Of a DNA stretch of 64,000 nucleotides, positions 37,606 through 46,965 are shown one piece after another. This DNA comes from an uncultured Candidatus Saccharibacteria bacterium (GTDB lineage Bacteria; Patescibacteriota; UBA1384; CAILIB01; JAUSJZ01), in the NCBI GenBank assembly GCA_964421635.1, contig CAYQWZ010000004.1, forward strand, positions 15,652-79,651, written 5' to 3'. Numbering within the stretch: position 1 is the first letter of the stretch; each line of letters opens with the position of its first letter. The position numbers and the translations under genes are program-made. The notes under the pieces are model-generated. The model had not been told where the DNA came from, searched no databases, and saw nothing but the letters and a program-made list of their open reading frames with translations.

Positions 37606-38196
37606 TTAGTTTACTTTTAGCTTCCTGACTTTGTGTTTTAAGATAGGCATTTTAACAGTCAATATACCGTTTTCAAAATTGGCAGTAGATCTACTAGGGA
37701 TAACGGTTAGAGGCAGATTAACTACCCTGTCAAAACTAGCGGCGGTAATCTCTCTCAAGTAGTATGTCGGCAAATCTACATCTGGTTTAATTTTACCCTT
37801 TATTTGCACCTTATAGTTGCCAACCTCAACATCTATCTCTTTCTCATTATATCCAGCCAGATTAGCCTGCATAACTAAAACATTCTCAACCTTTTTCAAA
37901 TTGACTCTAGGCCAAGATATACAATCACTTATCGCATGCTGGTCTTGCTCAATATTTTGGCTGGAATTTTCCGCAATTTGGCTAGAATCTTCCGCAATTA
38001 GTTCAGAAATTGTGAGCGAAAAAACCTCCGCCATCTGCATAGCTAGTGGTAAGGATGGCAGATATTTGCCACTTTCAAGTGCAATAATGGATTGTCGAGA
38101 AATACCCAAAGTATCTGCTAGTGCTTCTTGGGTCAATAGTTGGTCTTTTCGTAAATCCTTAATTCTTAAATGGATAGTTATCGGTTTTAAATTCAT
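37606..38196 (-). CDS. XRE-family HTH fused to an Hsp20/alpha-crystallin domain
   Basis: The N-terminal 65 aa are a Cro/C1-type HTH (LTQEALADTLGISRQSIIALESGK). The C-terminal ~100 aa match the small-Hsp alpha-crystallin fold (NVLVMQANLAGYNEKEIDVEV...NFENGILTVKMP). It lies immediately upstream of and co-directional with clpB. Confidence 0.65.
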   Translation of the reverse strand: MNLKPITIHLRIKDLRKDQLLTQEALADTLGISRQSIIALESGKYLPSLPLAMQMAEVFSLTISELIAEDSSQIAENSSQNIEQDQHAISDCISWPRVNLKKVENVLVMQANLAGYNEKEIDVEVGNYKVQIKGKIKPDVDLPTYYLREITAASFDRVVNLPLTVIPSRSTANFENGILTVKMPILKHKVRKLKVN

Positions 38197-38280
38197 ATCT
38201 GTAATGTAAAGTCTACTTTACATTTTGTCAAGTTTATGGTATGATATTTAAGGTGGATTGATCCACTAACTGAACAACAT

Positions 38281-38665
38281 GGGGCCGAATAAATTAGACG
38301 TTAAATTACGTTTCGCAAATTGCATGTCGCAGCAATGAGTTTATCTGCGTTATTAAATGAACTTCCTTTAAAGACACGGAAATAGTCTTATTAGCAAGAT
38401 CAAGCAGGCTTTTAGTCCGCTAGCTCTTGCGCCAGTAGTCGCCTAATTGACTACCGTTCCCTTACCAATATCACACTTGGTGAGACCAGAGCGTCATATT
38501 GTGTGATCATCAATTTGCTCGCACCGTCACTTTGATGATTTTTGGTGCAACAGTCTATAGTGTTTAGCTGTCCTTATACCTATAGACTTAAAAAAGGGCA
38601 GAGAGCATGGTCAGTTTAGGAATGTTATTTATCGGACGCGGGTGAGACCCCCGCCGGCTCCACCA
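38281..38665 (+). ncRNA. ssrA: tmRNA (SsrA)
   Basis: tRNA-like ends: the 5' GGGGCCGAATAAATTAGACG resembles E. coli GGGGCUGAUUCUGGAUUCGACG, and the 3' GGACGCGGGTGAGACCCCCGCCGGCTCCACCA resembles GGACGGGGGUUCAAAUCCCCCCGGCUCCACCA. The acceptor helix GGGGCCG/CGGCTCC pairs. A possible tag frame ends ...SPLALAPVVA-TAA at 38444-38446, which is tentative. smpB lies 2 kb away. Confidence 0.8.
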
Positions 38666-38686
38666 AAAAAGAATGTAAAAAAAATA

Positions 38687-38709
38687 GAATCCCTGTGGGT
38701 TCTTTTTTT
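38687..38709 (+). terminator. intrinsic terminator after tmRNA
   Basis: Hairpin GAATCC-CTGT-GGGTTC followed by TTTTTTT. Confidence 0.55.
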
Positions 38710-38710
38710 G

Positions 38711-38739
38711 TTGACTAATTCTTAATCATTATGTAATGT
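38711..38739 (+). promoter_or_regulatory. near-consensus sigma70 promoter (TTGACT-17 nt-TAATGT) driving the second GC-rich unit
   Basis: TTGACT at 38711-38716 and TAATGT at 38734-38739 with an exact 17-nt spacer. This is the same -10 hexamer and spacing as the promoter at 12131. Confidence 0.55.
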
Positions 38740-38745
38740 AATCGT

Positions 38746-39200
38746 ATAGACGCGCTTACCCTCAAGGCCTTACTAGGTCGAGATACCACTCTGCTAACCT
38801 GTCCACAGGCTTGCAAAGCTCTCTGGACAACCAATCATCGGCACGATGAAACAAAAGCAAGAGACCGTCTCCAACCAGTAATCGTCGAGAGGCAACTAAC
38901 CAGCTGCGTGAGGAATCACAGATCATGAGGAGCCTCCTTCAGCTCGGCCATCCGATGGGCTTGTAGCCACTACATGTGCCCTATGCCAAAAGTGCATCTG
39001 AGGTGGTAACAAGGCCGTTTCGCCAGTCCAAAGGCGCAATTCTGTTTGATCGACTCCGGTCGACAACAGGGAAGTTCGCTCGCAAGAGTATGCCACCCGC
39101 GCTGCGGGTCTGGACACGCGATTCCGCCGCACCATCAAAGGTGTAGGCTACAACTAGCGACAACTTGTTGGCCCCGCCGTCAGGCGGGGTCTTTTCTTTT
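38746..39200 (+). ncRNA. candidate ~455-nt GC-rich structured ncRNA of unknown class
   Basis: GC-rich relative to the flanks with no sense ORF of 60 aa or more. It contains a palindromic hairpin (GTCGACTCCGGTCGAC). It runs from a consensus promoter to the terminator CCCCGCC-GTCA-GGCGGGG-TCTTTTCTTTT at 39172-39200. Confidence 0.45.
39172..39200 (+). terminator. intrinsic terminator ending the second GC-rich unit
   Basis: 7-bp GC stem CCCCGCC/GGCGGGG with loop GTCA, followed by TCTTTTCTTTT. Confidence 0.6.
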
Positions 39201-39208
39201 ACATACAT

Positions 39209-40159
39209 TTATTGCACAAAATTCCAAACAAGCTTTTCAATGGCCCAAGAATATTCACACTTGCCCGACTTGATTTGCTCATCTAGAAAATTGCTCAACT
39301 GTAAATTCTCTAACAAAAAACTTTCCGAAAAATTATTTACATAAGGAGTCATCTTTCTCACTACATAAGGATTTACCCCGCTCGTTTGATTGTATTTTAT
39401 TTGAATCAAAGTTCTAATTAGCCAATTCAGCGCTCCCATAAAGCTAGCCGCCTCTTCATAATTAACATTGCGAGCTAGAAGCATTGGCATTAGTCTTCTT
39501 AAAGCAGTTTTGGAATTTTTCGCTAACAGACTGTCAGTGACTGCAAAGTTATCCATCTCAAACCTTTTTGGAATATAGGTTAAAACATCTTCTGGTTGAA
39601 CTTCGTTTTCACAAACGCAAGCCAAAATATTTAAATAATTAGCCACTGACCACATTGATAATCCGTTAACTCTTTCAAATATTAAATCGACTGTTGAATC
39701 GTCAATGTTAAGTTCTTCTTTTTGTAAGAAATTTTTAATCCAATCTTTTAATTCAAAATTCTGCACCGCACGAGACTCGTGATATTTGATTAACTTATCT
39801 TTATATTTATTGAGCAGCTTATATATTTTCATTCTTTTATCTGGTTTCTCCCGATTCCAAAATAGAATAAAGGTACCCTCGGCCGAAACATCTTCAATAG
39901 CAGTTTTTATAAGATCAATTACTGGCTCATCAACAATACTAAAAACATGCTTAATGATAATTAACTTCTCTTCTGAGAATAAATTGCGCACTGTAATTGC
40001 TTCTTCAAGCTCTTTTTTTATACTATCTTTTTGCTGTTCACAATCTATTACCACCACCGACGAGCTAGAATATTTTTTAATAAAACGCGCCTTCACGGCC
40101 TCAAGACTTTTTAAGGATGTATAATTGTCTTCACCAAAAAATAAATGATTTTTATACAT
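39209..40159 (-). CDS. holA: DNA polymerase III delta subunit-like (HolA)
   Basis: 316-aa alpha-helical protein whose size and helical clamp-loader-like character fit HolA. Motif-level support is weak. Confidence 0.4.
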   Translation of the reverse strand: MYKNHLFFGEDNYTSLKSLEAVKARFIKKYSSSSVVVIDCEQQKDSIKKELEEAITVRNLFSEEKLIIIKHVFSIVDEPVIDLIKTAIEDVSAEGTFILFWNREKPDKRMKIYKLLNKYKDKLIKYHESRAVQNFELKDWIKNFLQKEELNIDDSTVDLIFERVNGLSMWSVANYLNILACVCENEVQPEDVLTYIPKRFEMDNFAVTDSLLAKNSKTALRRLMPMLLARNVNYEEAASFMGALNWLIRTLIQIKYNQTSGVNPYVVRKMTPYVNNFSESFLLENLQLSNFLDEQIKSGKCEYSWAIEKLVWNFVQ

Positions 40160-40793
40160 GATTTTTCTTGTTATGAAAACAAAGCTCGTTAGATTTAATT
40201 TTAACTCTGCTGCCCGGAATAAAAGCGTTTGAGTCTGACATAATTTTTTTGGTCTGCCAGTTTTTTAAAATTGATTCTAGCTTGTCTCCTAAAAATCCGG
40301 CCATCATTAATTCGCCAAAACCTCTTAGTATGGTTGTTAATCCTTTAGTCGTTCGCTTATTTTGAAAGTGTTTTAATTTATATTTTGTTTTATTCATCCA
40401 GCGGTTTTGCTGCAGATATTTTTCATAAGTATTGTTTATTGACACTAGTGGCAACAAACACGAAAACACCCGAGCATGATAATTGTTGTTAGGAGTAATT
40501 TGTAAAGCATCAACGGTGGCGAATCTATTTAGACAAACTCTTCCCCGAATTTTTTGGCCATAGCGACGCCAACCACTCAGATGAACAATAATTGTGGCAA
40601 TAGTGCGTGTAATGTACAGTCTGTTTGCATCCGTCACAATGTAAAAGTCTATATCTGAATTTTTGTTCATTCTGTTTGTCATCATTGATCCGTTCAAACC
40701 AACCATTCTAATAAACGGAGTAAATTTGAGCCAATGCGAAATTGTCACTGCCCTTTTAAATCTGGTCTGCCAAAGCTTATTTGATTGCCCCAT
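40152..40793 (-). CDS. nucleotidyltransferase-domain protein (Pol-beta superfamily)
   Basis: GS...DhD signature: LNGSMMTNRMNKNSDIDFYIV. Confidence 0.5.
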   Translation of the reverse strand: MGQSNKLWQTRFKRAVTISHWLKFTPFIRMVGLNGSMMTNRMNKNSDIDFYIVTDANRLYITRTIATIIVHLSGWRRYGQKIRGRVCLNRFATVDALQITPNNNYHARVFSCLLPLVSINNTYEKYLQQNRWMNKTKYKLKHFQNKRTTKGLTTILRGFGELMMAGFLGDKLESILKNWQTKKIMSDSNAFIPGSRVKIKSNELCFHNKKNHV

Positions 40794-40816
40794 TGCTATA
40801 TTAGTATAGCTAAAAT

Positions 40817-41260
40817 CTAGCTTCGGTTTTTGATAGCTCGCTCTGCCTGTCTTTTTCTATCCTTATCTTTTAGGCTTTGTCGTTTGTCTTTTTTATTCTT
40901 TCTCTGCCCCAGCCCCAGCACCAGTTTGACATAACCGCCCTTGAAAATTGTTTTTTTAGGAATTAAGGTAGCTTTCTTTTGTTCAAATTTACCAGCCAAA
41001 TTTTTTAGCTGAGATTTTGTAACTAATAGTTTTATACTGCGTTGGTTTGATCCTTCAATGTGCATTCCCAACAACCAAAGCTCCAACTTCTTTGTTTTTC
41101 TATCAACCAATGGCTTAACATGTGAGCCTGTTAAATTCGCCTTGCCTATTCTTATCGCTTTTATTTCAGCCCCTTTTAAAACCAAACCGGCAATTATCTC
41201 ATCAGAAAATTCATAATCCATAAAAGCAACTCGGTTTTTAAGTCCTGTATTCTTTTTCAA
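40817..41260 (-). CDS. smpB: SsrA-binding protein
   Basis: FMDYEFSDEIIAGLVLKGAEIKAIR plus a basic C-terminal tail (KKDKRQSLKDKDRKRQ), typical of SmpB. It is close to ssrA. Confidence 0.88.
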   Translation of the reverse strand: MKKNTGLKNRVAFMDYEFSDEIIAGLVLKGAEIKAIRIGKANLTGSHVKPLVDRKTKKLELWLLGMHIEGSNQRSIKLLVTKSQLKNLAGKFEQKKATLIPKKTIFKGGYVKLVLGLGQRKNKKDKRQSLKDKDRKRQAERAIKNRS

Positions 41261-41263
41261 AAT

Positions 41264-42298
41264 CTACGAGTTAAGAGTCTTTTCAATTTGTGGCCACTGC
41301 TTCACTAATACTGCCACAATGGCCGCTATTGGAATAGCCAGCAGCGCTCCAATAACACCAAGAAGTTTTCCACCAATTAATAAAGCTACAATTACGATGA
41401 CAGGAGATAAGCCGACTGCTTTTTGCATCACTTTCGGCACCAAGAACTGCCCTTCTACTTGCTGAATAACAATCATTATCACCACTACTAGGGCTGCTTG
41501 CAACGGAGAGCCCGTCAGTAAAGCCACCAAGATTGCGGGCACGCCACCCAAAATTGGACCAATAAATGGCACCACTTCGGTTAACCCGCCCCAAACTGCT
41601 AGCGCCAAAGGAGACTCGACTTTCAAAATTACTAAACCAATATAATAAAGGATTCCGATAATAATCATTAAAAGAAGCTGTCCGCGAACCCAAGAACCCA
41701 TCTTGCTTGATATCTGATTTAATACTCGCACCAGCTCGTCCTTATATTTTGGAGGAATAACATTATCTACAAAGTCCTTTAATGCTTTCTCTTCTAAAAG
41801 TAAATAAAAAGTTAGAACCATAATTGTGAAAGCTGTGAACAGTGAACCTAAAACTCCGAGCGTAGTAGTGACAACATTAGTAGAGAAGCTAGTAATGCTG
41901 CCTGAGAACTGTTGTAATCCTGTTGATATCGCTCCAAAGAAATCTGTTCCTTGTAAGAAGTTCTCAATTGCTGGCACCGCTTTACCAACATGGTCTGGAA
42001 TGGCTTTAGCTAAATCATTGATCTGATTAACTAGCGGCTGAAACATTAAAGTTGAGGAAACTCCCAATATTAACATGATGGCAATAAATACCAGTGTTAC
42101 AGCAGCAATTCTAGGTAATCCTTTCTTTTGCATTTTTGACACTATTGGGTTTAGTGCCGCCACGAAAATAAAGACCATAAACAGAATGGCGATGATGTCT
42201 CGAATTAAGAAAAGTAAATAAAAACCAAAAAGAATGGCCAATATTCGTACAATTGACCACCAAGTTATATCTATTCTGGTTTTTTGTGTTTCGCTCAT
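41264..42298 (-). CDS. AI-2E family (PerM/UPF0118) membrane transporter
   Basis: 344 aa with eight predicted TM helices and the family motif region FYLLLEEKALKDFV. Confidence 0.75.
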   Translation of the reverse strand: MSETQKTRIDITWWSIVRILAILFGFYLLFLIRDIIAILFMVFIFVAALNPIVSKMQKKGLPRIAAVTLVFIAIMLILGVSSTLMFQPLVNQINDLAKAIPDHVGKAVPAIENFLQGTDFFGAISTGLQQFSGSITSFSTNVVTTTLGVLGSLFTAFTIMVLTFYLLLEEKALKDFVDNVIPPKYKDELVRVLNQISSKMGSWVRGQLLLMIIIGILYYIGLVILKVESPLALAVWGGLTEVVPFIGPILGGVPAILVALLTGSPLQAALVVVIMIVIQQVEGQFLVPKVMQKAVGLSPVIVIVALLIGGKLLGVIGALLAIPIAAIVAVLVKQWPQIEKTLNS

Positions 42299-42314
42299 CT
42301 ATCTAAATATAGCC

Positions 42315-42974
42315 TTACTGTTGAATACTCTCAACTGTTTTTGCATATTTGAAGTTTTTCACTGGTCCGGCAGGAAGTAATAACTGCTCTTGTTCACTTA
42401 ATTCAAAATCTAGCGCTCCTGACGATGCTTCGACTTGATCAATAACCCCTCCCCGTCTAGTTAAAGATGTCGATAAAGCAGCCGGACCACCAATAGCCTC
42501 AATAATATAAGGACCTTGTAATTCGGCTCCCCAAACAGAATACTGATTAGTAATTCTAATATTATTTAGCGAAATTGCTTCAGCTCCAATATTCTTTAGA
42601 GCGTTAAGCACATCTATTAATTGCGGAATGCTCATCTCATTATTAATTGTTAGCTTAATGCCCGGACCTTCAACCGCTTTATTACCAGCTAATATTTCAG
42701 CCTTCTCTTGCTTACTTTGAATAGACTCCTCCGCCTTCGATTTATTATTTAAAACTTGAGCCAAGTTGTATTCTTCATTAGATAAATCGGCCAACTCTTT
42801 TCGCAGCTCCGAATTAGCATTAGTCAATCTGGCAACTTCAACCGCAATTACCTCCTGTACTTCAGGATTTTGTGCTCGCTCTAAACTTGATTTTGTATTC
42901 ATCTGCCAAACGGTCAAAATACCCAACACCAAAGTCAGTAAAAAGAACTCCCATTTAATTTCTTTGTTATTCAT
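42315..42974 (-). CDS. DUF881-family protein (paralogue 1)
   Basis: N-terminal TM segment, then a coiled coil, then a C-terminal domain NALKNIGAEAISLNNIRI..IEAIG homologous to the adjacent ORF (SLLKRAGAEAISINGERV..IQAIG). Confidence 0.55.
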   Translation of the reverse strand: MNNKEIKWEFFLLTLVLGILTVWQMNTKSSLERAQNPEVQEVIAVEVARLTNANSELRKELADLSNEEYNLAQVLNNKSKAEESIQSKQEKAEILAGNKAVEGPGIKLTINNEMSIPQLIDVLNALKNIGAEAISLNNIRITNQYSVWGAELQGPYIIEAIGGPAALSTSLTRRGGVIDQVEASSGALDFELSEQEQLLLPAGPVKNFKYAKTVESIQQ

Positions 42975-43708
42975 ATGGCAACTCGAGCATTAATTCCTGG
43001 CAACCGACCAGAATATGCGTCGATAAACAATTCGTTTTCTTTATTGACTTCAAATATTATGCCGTCTCCGACTACGCGACGATGCAAATCTTGCAAGATA
43101 GCAGGGTCAGTTAAAACTCGATATAAATGATTTTTGTCACCAATAGCTTGTATTTCATAAGGATTCGAAACTCTAGTCTCATTAATTAAAATAGTGTTCA
43201 CAATACAGTCTATAGCAGTCATAGAGACAACTCTCTCTCCATTTATAGAGATCGCTTCTGCCCCTGCTCTTTTGAGCAGGCTGACTATGTCTCGAATATC
43301 AGCCGCATGAGCAATTGATTGCTCCTTTAATAAGTATGATGAGCTATCATCTAAAGTCACAGCCACTCCCTCGCCCGAAACATCAGTTAGGCCAGCCAGC
43401 TCAACAACCTTGCTAGATTCACTGACAATAACTTGGTCAACTTGATTAGCAATGGCTAAATCTTTCGTTCTTAAATCTATGCTTTTTGTTATATTATTGA
43501 TTTCTGATTTCAATCTAGTCTGCTCTTCGGTCAGAGCATCACGAGTTACTGTCAATGAAGTATAAGGCTGTATAGGATTAATTACTCGCACTATTCTTGT
43601 TCTCCATTGTGAAGAAAATAAAATTCCACCAGCCACACTGACTATTACAAGCAATATTTTGGCTGGTCTTATATGAACACTAGTCAGATCAACTTTAATT
43701 TTCTTCAC
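42971..43708 (-). CDS. DUF881-family protein (paralogue 2)
   Basis: Same architecture as 42315-42974, with a 4-nt overlap. Confidence 0.55.
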   Translation of the reverse strand: MKKIKVDLTSVHIRPAKILLVIVSVAGGILFSSQWRTRIVRVINPIQPYTSLTVTRDALTEEQTRLKSEINNITKSIDLRTKDLAIANQVDQVIVSESSKVVELAGLTDVSGEGVAVTLDDSSSYLLKEQSIAHAADIRDIVSLLKRAGAEAISINGERVVSMTAIDCIVNTILINETRVSNPYEIQAIGDKNHLYRVLTDPAILQDLHRRVVGDGIIFEVNKENELFIDAYSGRLPGINARVAI

Positions 43709-43750
43709 CTACTATTAGGCTATCATTTTTCCTTAAACTTCACTATTATC

Positions 43751-43827
43751 ATAAATGCATGCCCTCGTAGCTCAATTGGATAGAGCAGATCCGTCCTAAG
43801 GATAAGGTTGTAGGTTCAACTCCTGCC
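43751..43827 (+). tRNA. tRNA-Arg (anticodon CCT, assignment tentative)
   Basis: Acceptor GCCCTCG/CGGGGGC, D-arm GCTCAATTGGATAGAGC, anticodon stem GATCC/GGATA with one mismatch, loop GTCCTAA, and a T-arm with TTCAACT loop. CCA is encoded. Confidence 0.65.
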
Positions 43828-43850
43828 GGGGGCACCAAAAAAATTCATTT

Positions 43851-44822
43851 ATGAAAAAAGCAGCAGTGATTGGTGGAGGTTCTGGAACATCGGTGGTTGT
43901 TAGTGGTCTTAAAAATTATCCTTATGAAATTTCATCAATTATTTCGGTAGCCGATTCGGGCGGCTCTACGGGCAGGCTACGAGATGAGTTCGGGTTTCAA
44001 CCAGTTGGCGACTTGCGCCAATCTATGGCTTCTATGGCTAAAGAGAACGGCGAGCACTATATTCGCGACCTGTTATTGTACAGATTTGAAAACAACAACA
44101 GTGATCTTGTCGGCCATAATTTAGGTAATCTTATTCTGACTGCCTTGCAAGATTTATCTAGCAACACAGCCGAAGCTCTTGAAGTTGCCAAACATATTTT
44201 TCGCATTGAGGGCAATATTTATCCTGTTACTAATAAGAATGTCGAGCTAGTAGTCGAATATTCTGATGGCACAGTAAAAGTCGGCGAACACACCTTGGAC
44301 CAAAAAGCTGATCAGTATAAAAAAATAAAGATTGTTCGCCTCTCTCCACGGGCTAAAATCTATTCCAAAGCAGCCGAAGCCATTAAAGATGCCGACTTAA
44401 TTGTTATTGGACCAGGAGACTATTACGCCTCATTACATGCTGCTCTCTGCGTCGATGGGCTTAAAGGAGCCTTCAGAGAATCAAAAGCGAAAGTAGTCTA
44501 TATTATGAACCTGATGACGCGCTTCAGTCAAACTCATCAAATGAAAGCTTCTGAACACCTTGCAGGGGTAGTAAAAAGGATTGGTAAAGACTGTGACTTA
44601 ACAATTGTCAATAATGGGAAAATTCCTCAATCTATTTTAAAAGCTTACGCTAAAGATAAAGAATATCCTGTAGTAGATGATTTACCTCACAACAACACTA
44701 TTATTAGAAGAAATATCATTAGCCAAGTACCTTATAAAAAATCTAAATCAGATAAGGCTAATAGATCTTTGCTCAGGCATGACCAAAAAAAATTGGCAAA
44801 ACTGCTTGCGTCGCTAGTGTAA
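43851..44822 (+). CDS. YvcK/CofD-like gluconeogenesis factor (UPF0052)
   Basis: N-terminal MKKAAVIGGGSGTSVVVSGLK and ADSGGSTGRLRDEFG motifs. Confidence 0.85.
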   Translation: MKKAAVIGGGSGTSVVVSGLKNYPYEISSIISVADSGGSTGRLRDEFGFQPVGDLRQSMASMAKENGEHYIRDLLLYRFENNNSDLVGHNLGNLILTALQDLSSNTAEALEVAKHIFRIEGNIYPVTNKNVELVVEYSDGTVKVGEHTLDQKADQYKKIKIVRLSPRAKIYSKAAEAIKDADLIVIGPGDYYASLHAALCVDGLKGAFRESKAKVVYIMNLMTRFSQTHQMKASEHLAGVVKRIGKDCDLTIVNNGKIPQSILKAYAKDKEYPVVDDLPHNNTIIRRNIISQVPYKKSKSDKANRSLLRHDQKKLAKLLASLV

Positions 44823-44847
44823 AACAAAAAAATAATAAGATAAAAAA

Positions 44848-44878
44848 AGACCCCCAGATGGAGGTCTATTTTTTTTCA
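44848..44878. terminator. hairpin plus T-run (on + strand) and A-run (on - strand) between convergent yvcK and hup
   Basis: AAGACCCCCAGATGGAGGTCT followed by ATTTTTTTT on the + strand, flanked by poly-A upstream. It may terminate yvcK and perhaps hup as well. Confidence 0.45.
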
Positions 44879-44883
44879 AATTG

Positions 44884-45156
44884 TTATTTCACACGGGCTC
44901 GCAATGCCTTACCTGCGCGGAAGCGAGGTAGTTTCATTTGAGGGATCTGAATCTTAGCACCTGTTCGTGGGTTTACACCAGCACGAGCTTTGCGGTGTGA
45001 AAGCTCAAATGTTCCGAAGCCTGTTAGGGTAACTCTCTCACCCTTTACCAAAGCGTCTGAGATTACTTCTATTAACGAATTAGTAGCAGCAGCTACTTCA
45101 TTTCTCGATAGACCGGTATTTTTAGATACGGCCTGAATTAGAACTTGTTTGTTCAT
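44884..45156 (-). CDS. hup: DNA-binding protein HU
   Basis: 90 aa with GFGTFE and a beta-arm RNPRTG-like region (ARAGVNPRTGAKIQIP). Confidence 0.9.
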   Translation of the reverse strand: MNKQVLIQAVSKNTGLSRNEVAAATNSLIEVISDALVKGERVTLTGFGTFELSHRKARAGVNPRTGAKIQIPQMKLPRFRAGKALRARVK

Positions 45157-45324
45157 TTCCTCTCCTTTTACTTATTTAGTATTACTACGGCTTAATATAT
45201 CGCTCCTAGAGTAATTGGGTCAATGTATATCCTATTGGTCAGCTACTATTGTCTGTCCTATAGCAATTATACAATCTTAATTAAAAACTATATTACAGCA
45301 ATCGTCTGTCTGACTGTGGAAAAG

Positions 45325-46842
45325 TTACTCCGCAATTGCCTGAGCCTTCGTTTCTCTTATTACATTTACCTGTACTTGCCCCGGATACTGCATCTCATCT
45401 TCAATTTTTCGAGCAATCCTCTTAGCCAATTTAGCTATACCCAAGTCATCTATTTCTTTAGGATTAACTAATATGCGCACTTCCCTACCAGCAGAAATTG
45501 CATAAGCTTTATCTACTCCATCAAAACCATTGCAGATATTTTCAATCTCTTGTAGACGCTCTACATACTCTTCGTACGAACCACGGCGAGCACCGGGTCT
45601 GGCACTAGAAATTGCATCTGCTGCTCTGACAATCCAAGCCTCAATGGTTTCTGGTTCAATATCATCATGGTGAGCTAAAATTGCATGTACCACTGCATCG
45701 CTCATGCCGTATTTCTTGGCAATATCACCCGATATATGATGATGGGGAGCTTGTACATCTTTATCAATAGCTTTTCCAATATCGTGTAATAGTCCGGCTT
45801 GGCGAGCTACATTAGAGTCTGCTTTTAGTTCATCTGCTAACATGCCTGAAATTTTTGCTACTTCAACTGAATGGGCTAAAACATTCTGCCCATAAGATGT
45901 ACGAAACTTTAATTGTCCTAAAACCTTTAAGACTTCTTTTGGTAATGCTCTAACTCGCGCGTCCATGGAAGCTTGTTCCCCCGCTTTCTGTACTACCCGA
46001 CTAACTTCGTCTTGCGCCTTTTTAATAGTCTCTTCAATTCTGCCCGGATTAATGCGGCCATCCTTAATTAAATTAATTAAAGCAACTCTAGCAACTTCGC
46101 GGCGCATAGGAGAGAATGAACTAATAATTACTGCTCCTGGAGTGTCATCAATTAATAGGTCTACTCCTGAGTTCTTTTCAAAGGCCTGAACATTTCTTCC
46201 TTCTTTACCAATTAATCTGCCTTTCATCTCTTCATTAGGAATCTCCACTGTATAGACGGTTGATTCCGCTATTACATCTGATGCTAGACGCCCAATAACG
46301 GTAGCTATATGCATTTTTGCTACCTGCTCTAACTCTTCTTCTGTTTGATTATCAACAGCCTTCATTTTTCTTAGAACTTCTTCCTTGGCGTCTTTTTCTA
46401 CTGCTCCCAAAAGAACCTCTTTAGCTTCTTCCTTATTCATCTTCGAAATTTTCTGCAGCGCTTCTTCCTGCCTAACTCTCATATCTTTTAGGCTATCTTT
46501 AAGTCGTATGATTTCTTCATACTTCTTCTCAACTTCTTTTCTGGCGCCGTCTTGCTCGAGGCTGCGATCATCAAGGCTTTTTTCTCTATCTCTTAGCTTT
46601 TTCTCTAAATCTAAAACATAAGCCTGTTTTTCAGTGTATTCCTTTTTTGCTTCTTCTTTAGCCTCGGTAACTTCAGTTTCTGCAGATTTCAAAATGGCTC
46701 TTTGTCTATCTTCTGCCTGCAAAATTAGTTCTTTGGCTTTCTGTTCAGCTTTAGATTCAACATTTCTTTTGCTCTGTTTGCTTAATATAAACCCGACAAC
46801 AGCACCTACAATAAGGGCTGCCAGTACATAAATATAAATCAT
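45325..46842 (-). CDS. rny: ribonuclease Y
   Basis: N-terminal TM anchor, long coiled coil, KH domain (LIGKEGRNVQAFE) and HD domain (HSVEVA...LLHDIGKA). Confidence 0.9.
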   Translation of the reverse strand: MIYIYVLAALIVGAVVGFILSKQSKRNVESKAEQKAKELILQAEDRQRAILKSAETEVTEAKEEAKKEYTEKQAYVLDLEKKLRDREKSLDDRSLEQDGARKEVEKKYEEIIRLKDSLKDMRVRQEEALQKISKMNKEEAKEVLLGAVEKDAKEEVLRKMKAVDNQTEEELEQVAKMHIATVIGRLASDVIAESTVYTVEIPNEEMKGRLIGKEGRNVQAFEKNSGVDLLIDDTPGAVIISSFSPMRREVARVALINLIKDGRINPGRIEETIKKAQDEVSRVVQKAGEQASMDARVRALPKEVLKVLGQLKFRTSYGQNVLAHSVEVAKISGMLADELKADSNVARQAGLLHDIGKAIDKDVQAPHHHISGDIAKKYGMSDAVVHAILAHHDDIEPETIEAWIVRAADAISSARPGARRGSYEEYVERLQEIENICNGFDGVDKAYAISAGREVRILVNPKEIDDLGIAKLAKRIARKIEDEMQYPGQVQVNVIRETKAQAIAE

Positions 46843-46965
46843 AATAATTGTGTTTTTTCATAAGTATTATCTTAGTTATCATACGCTCACATTATTAGAT
46901 AGTCAATTTTGTAAAGACTTGCACAAAGAGGCATTTTCGGGTAAAGTCTGATAGTATTTGATAGA

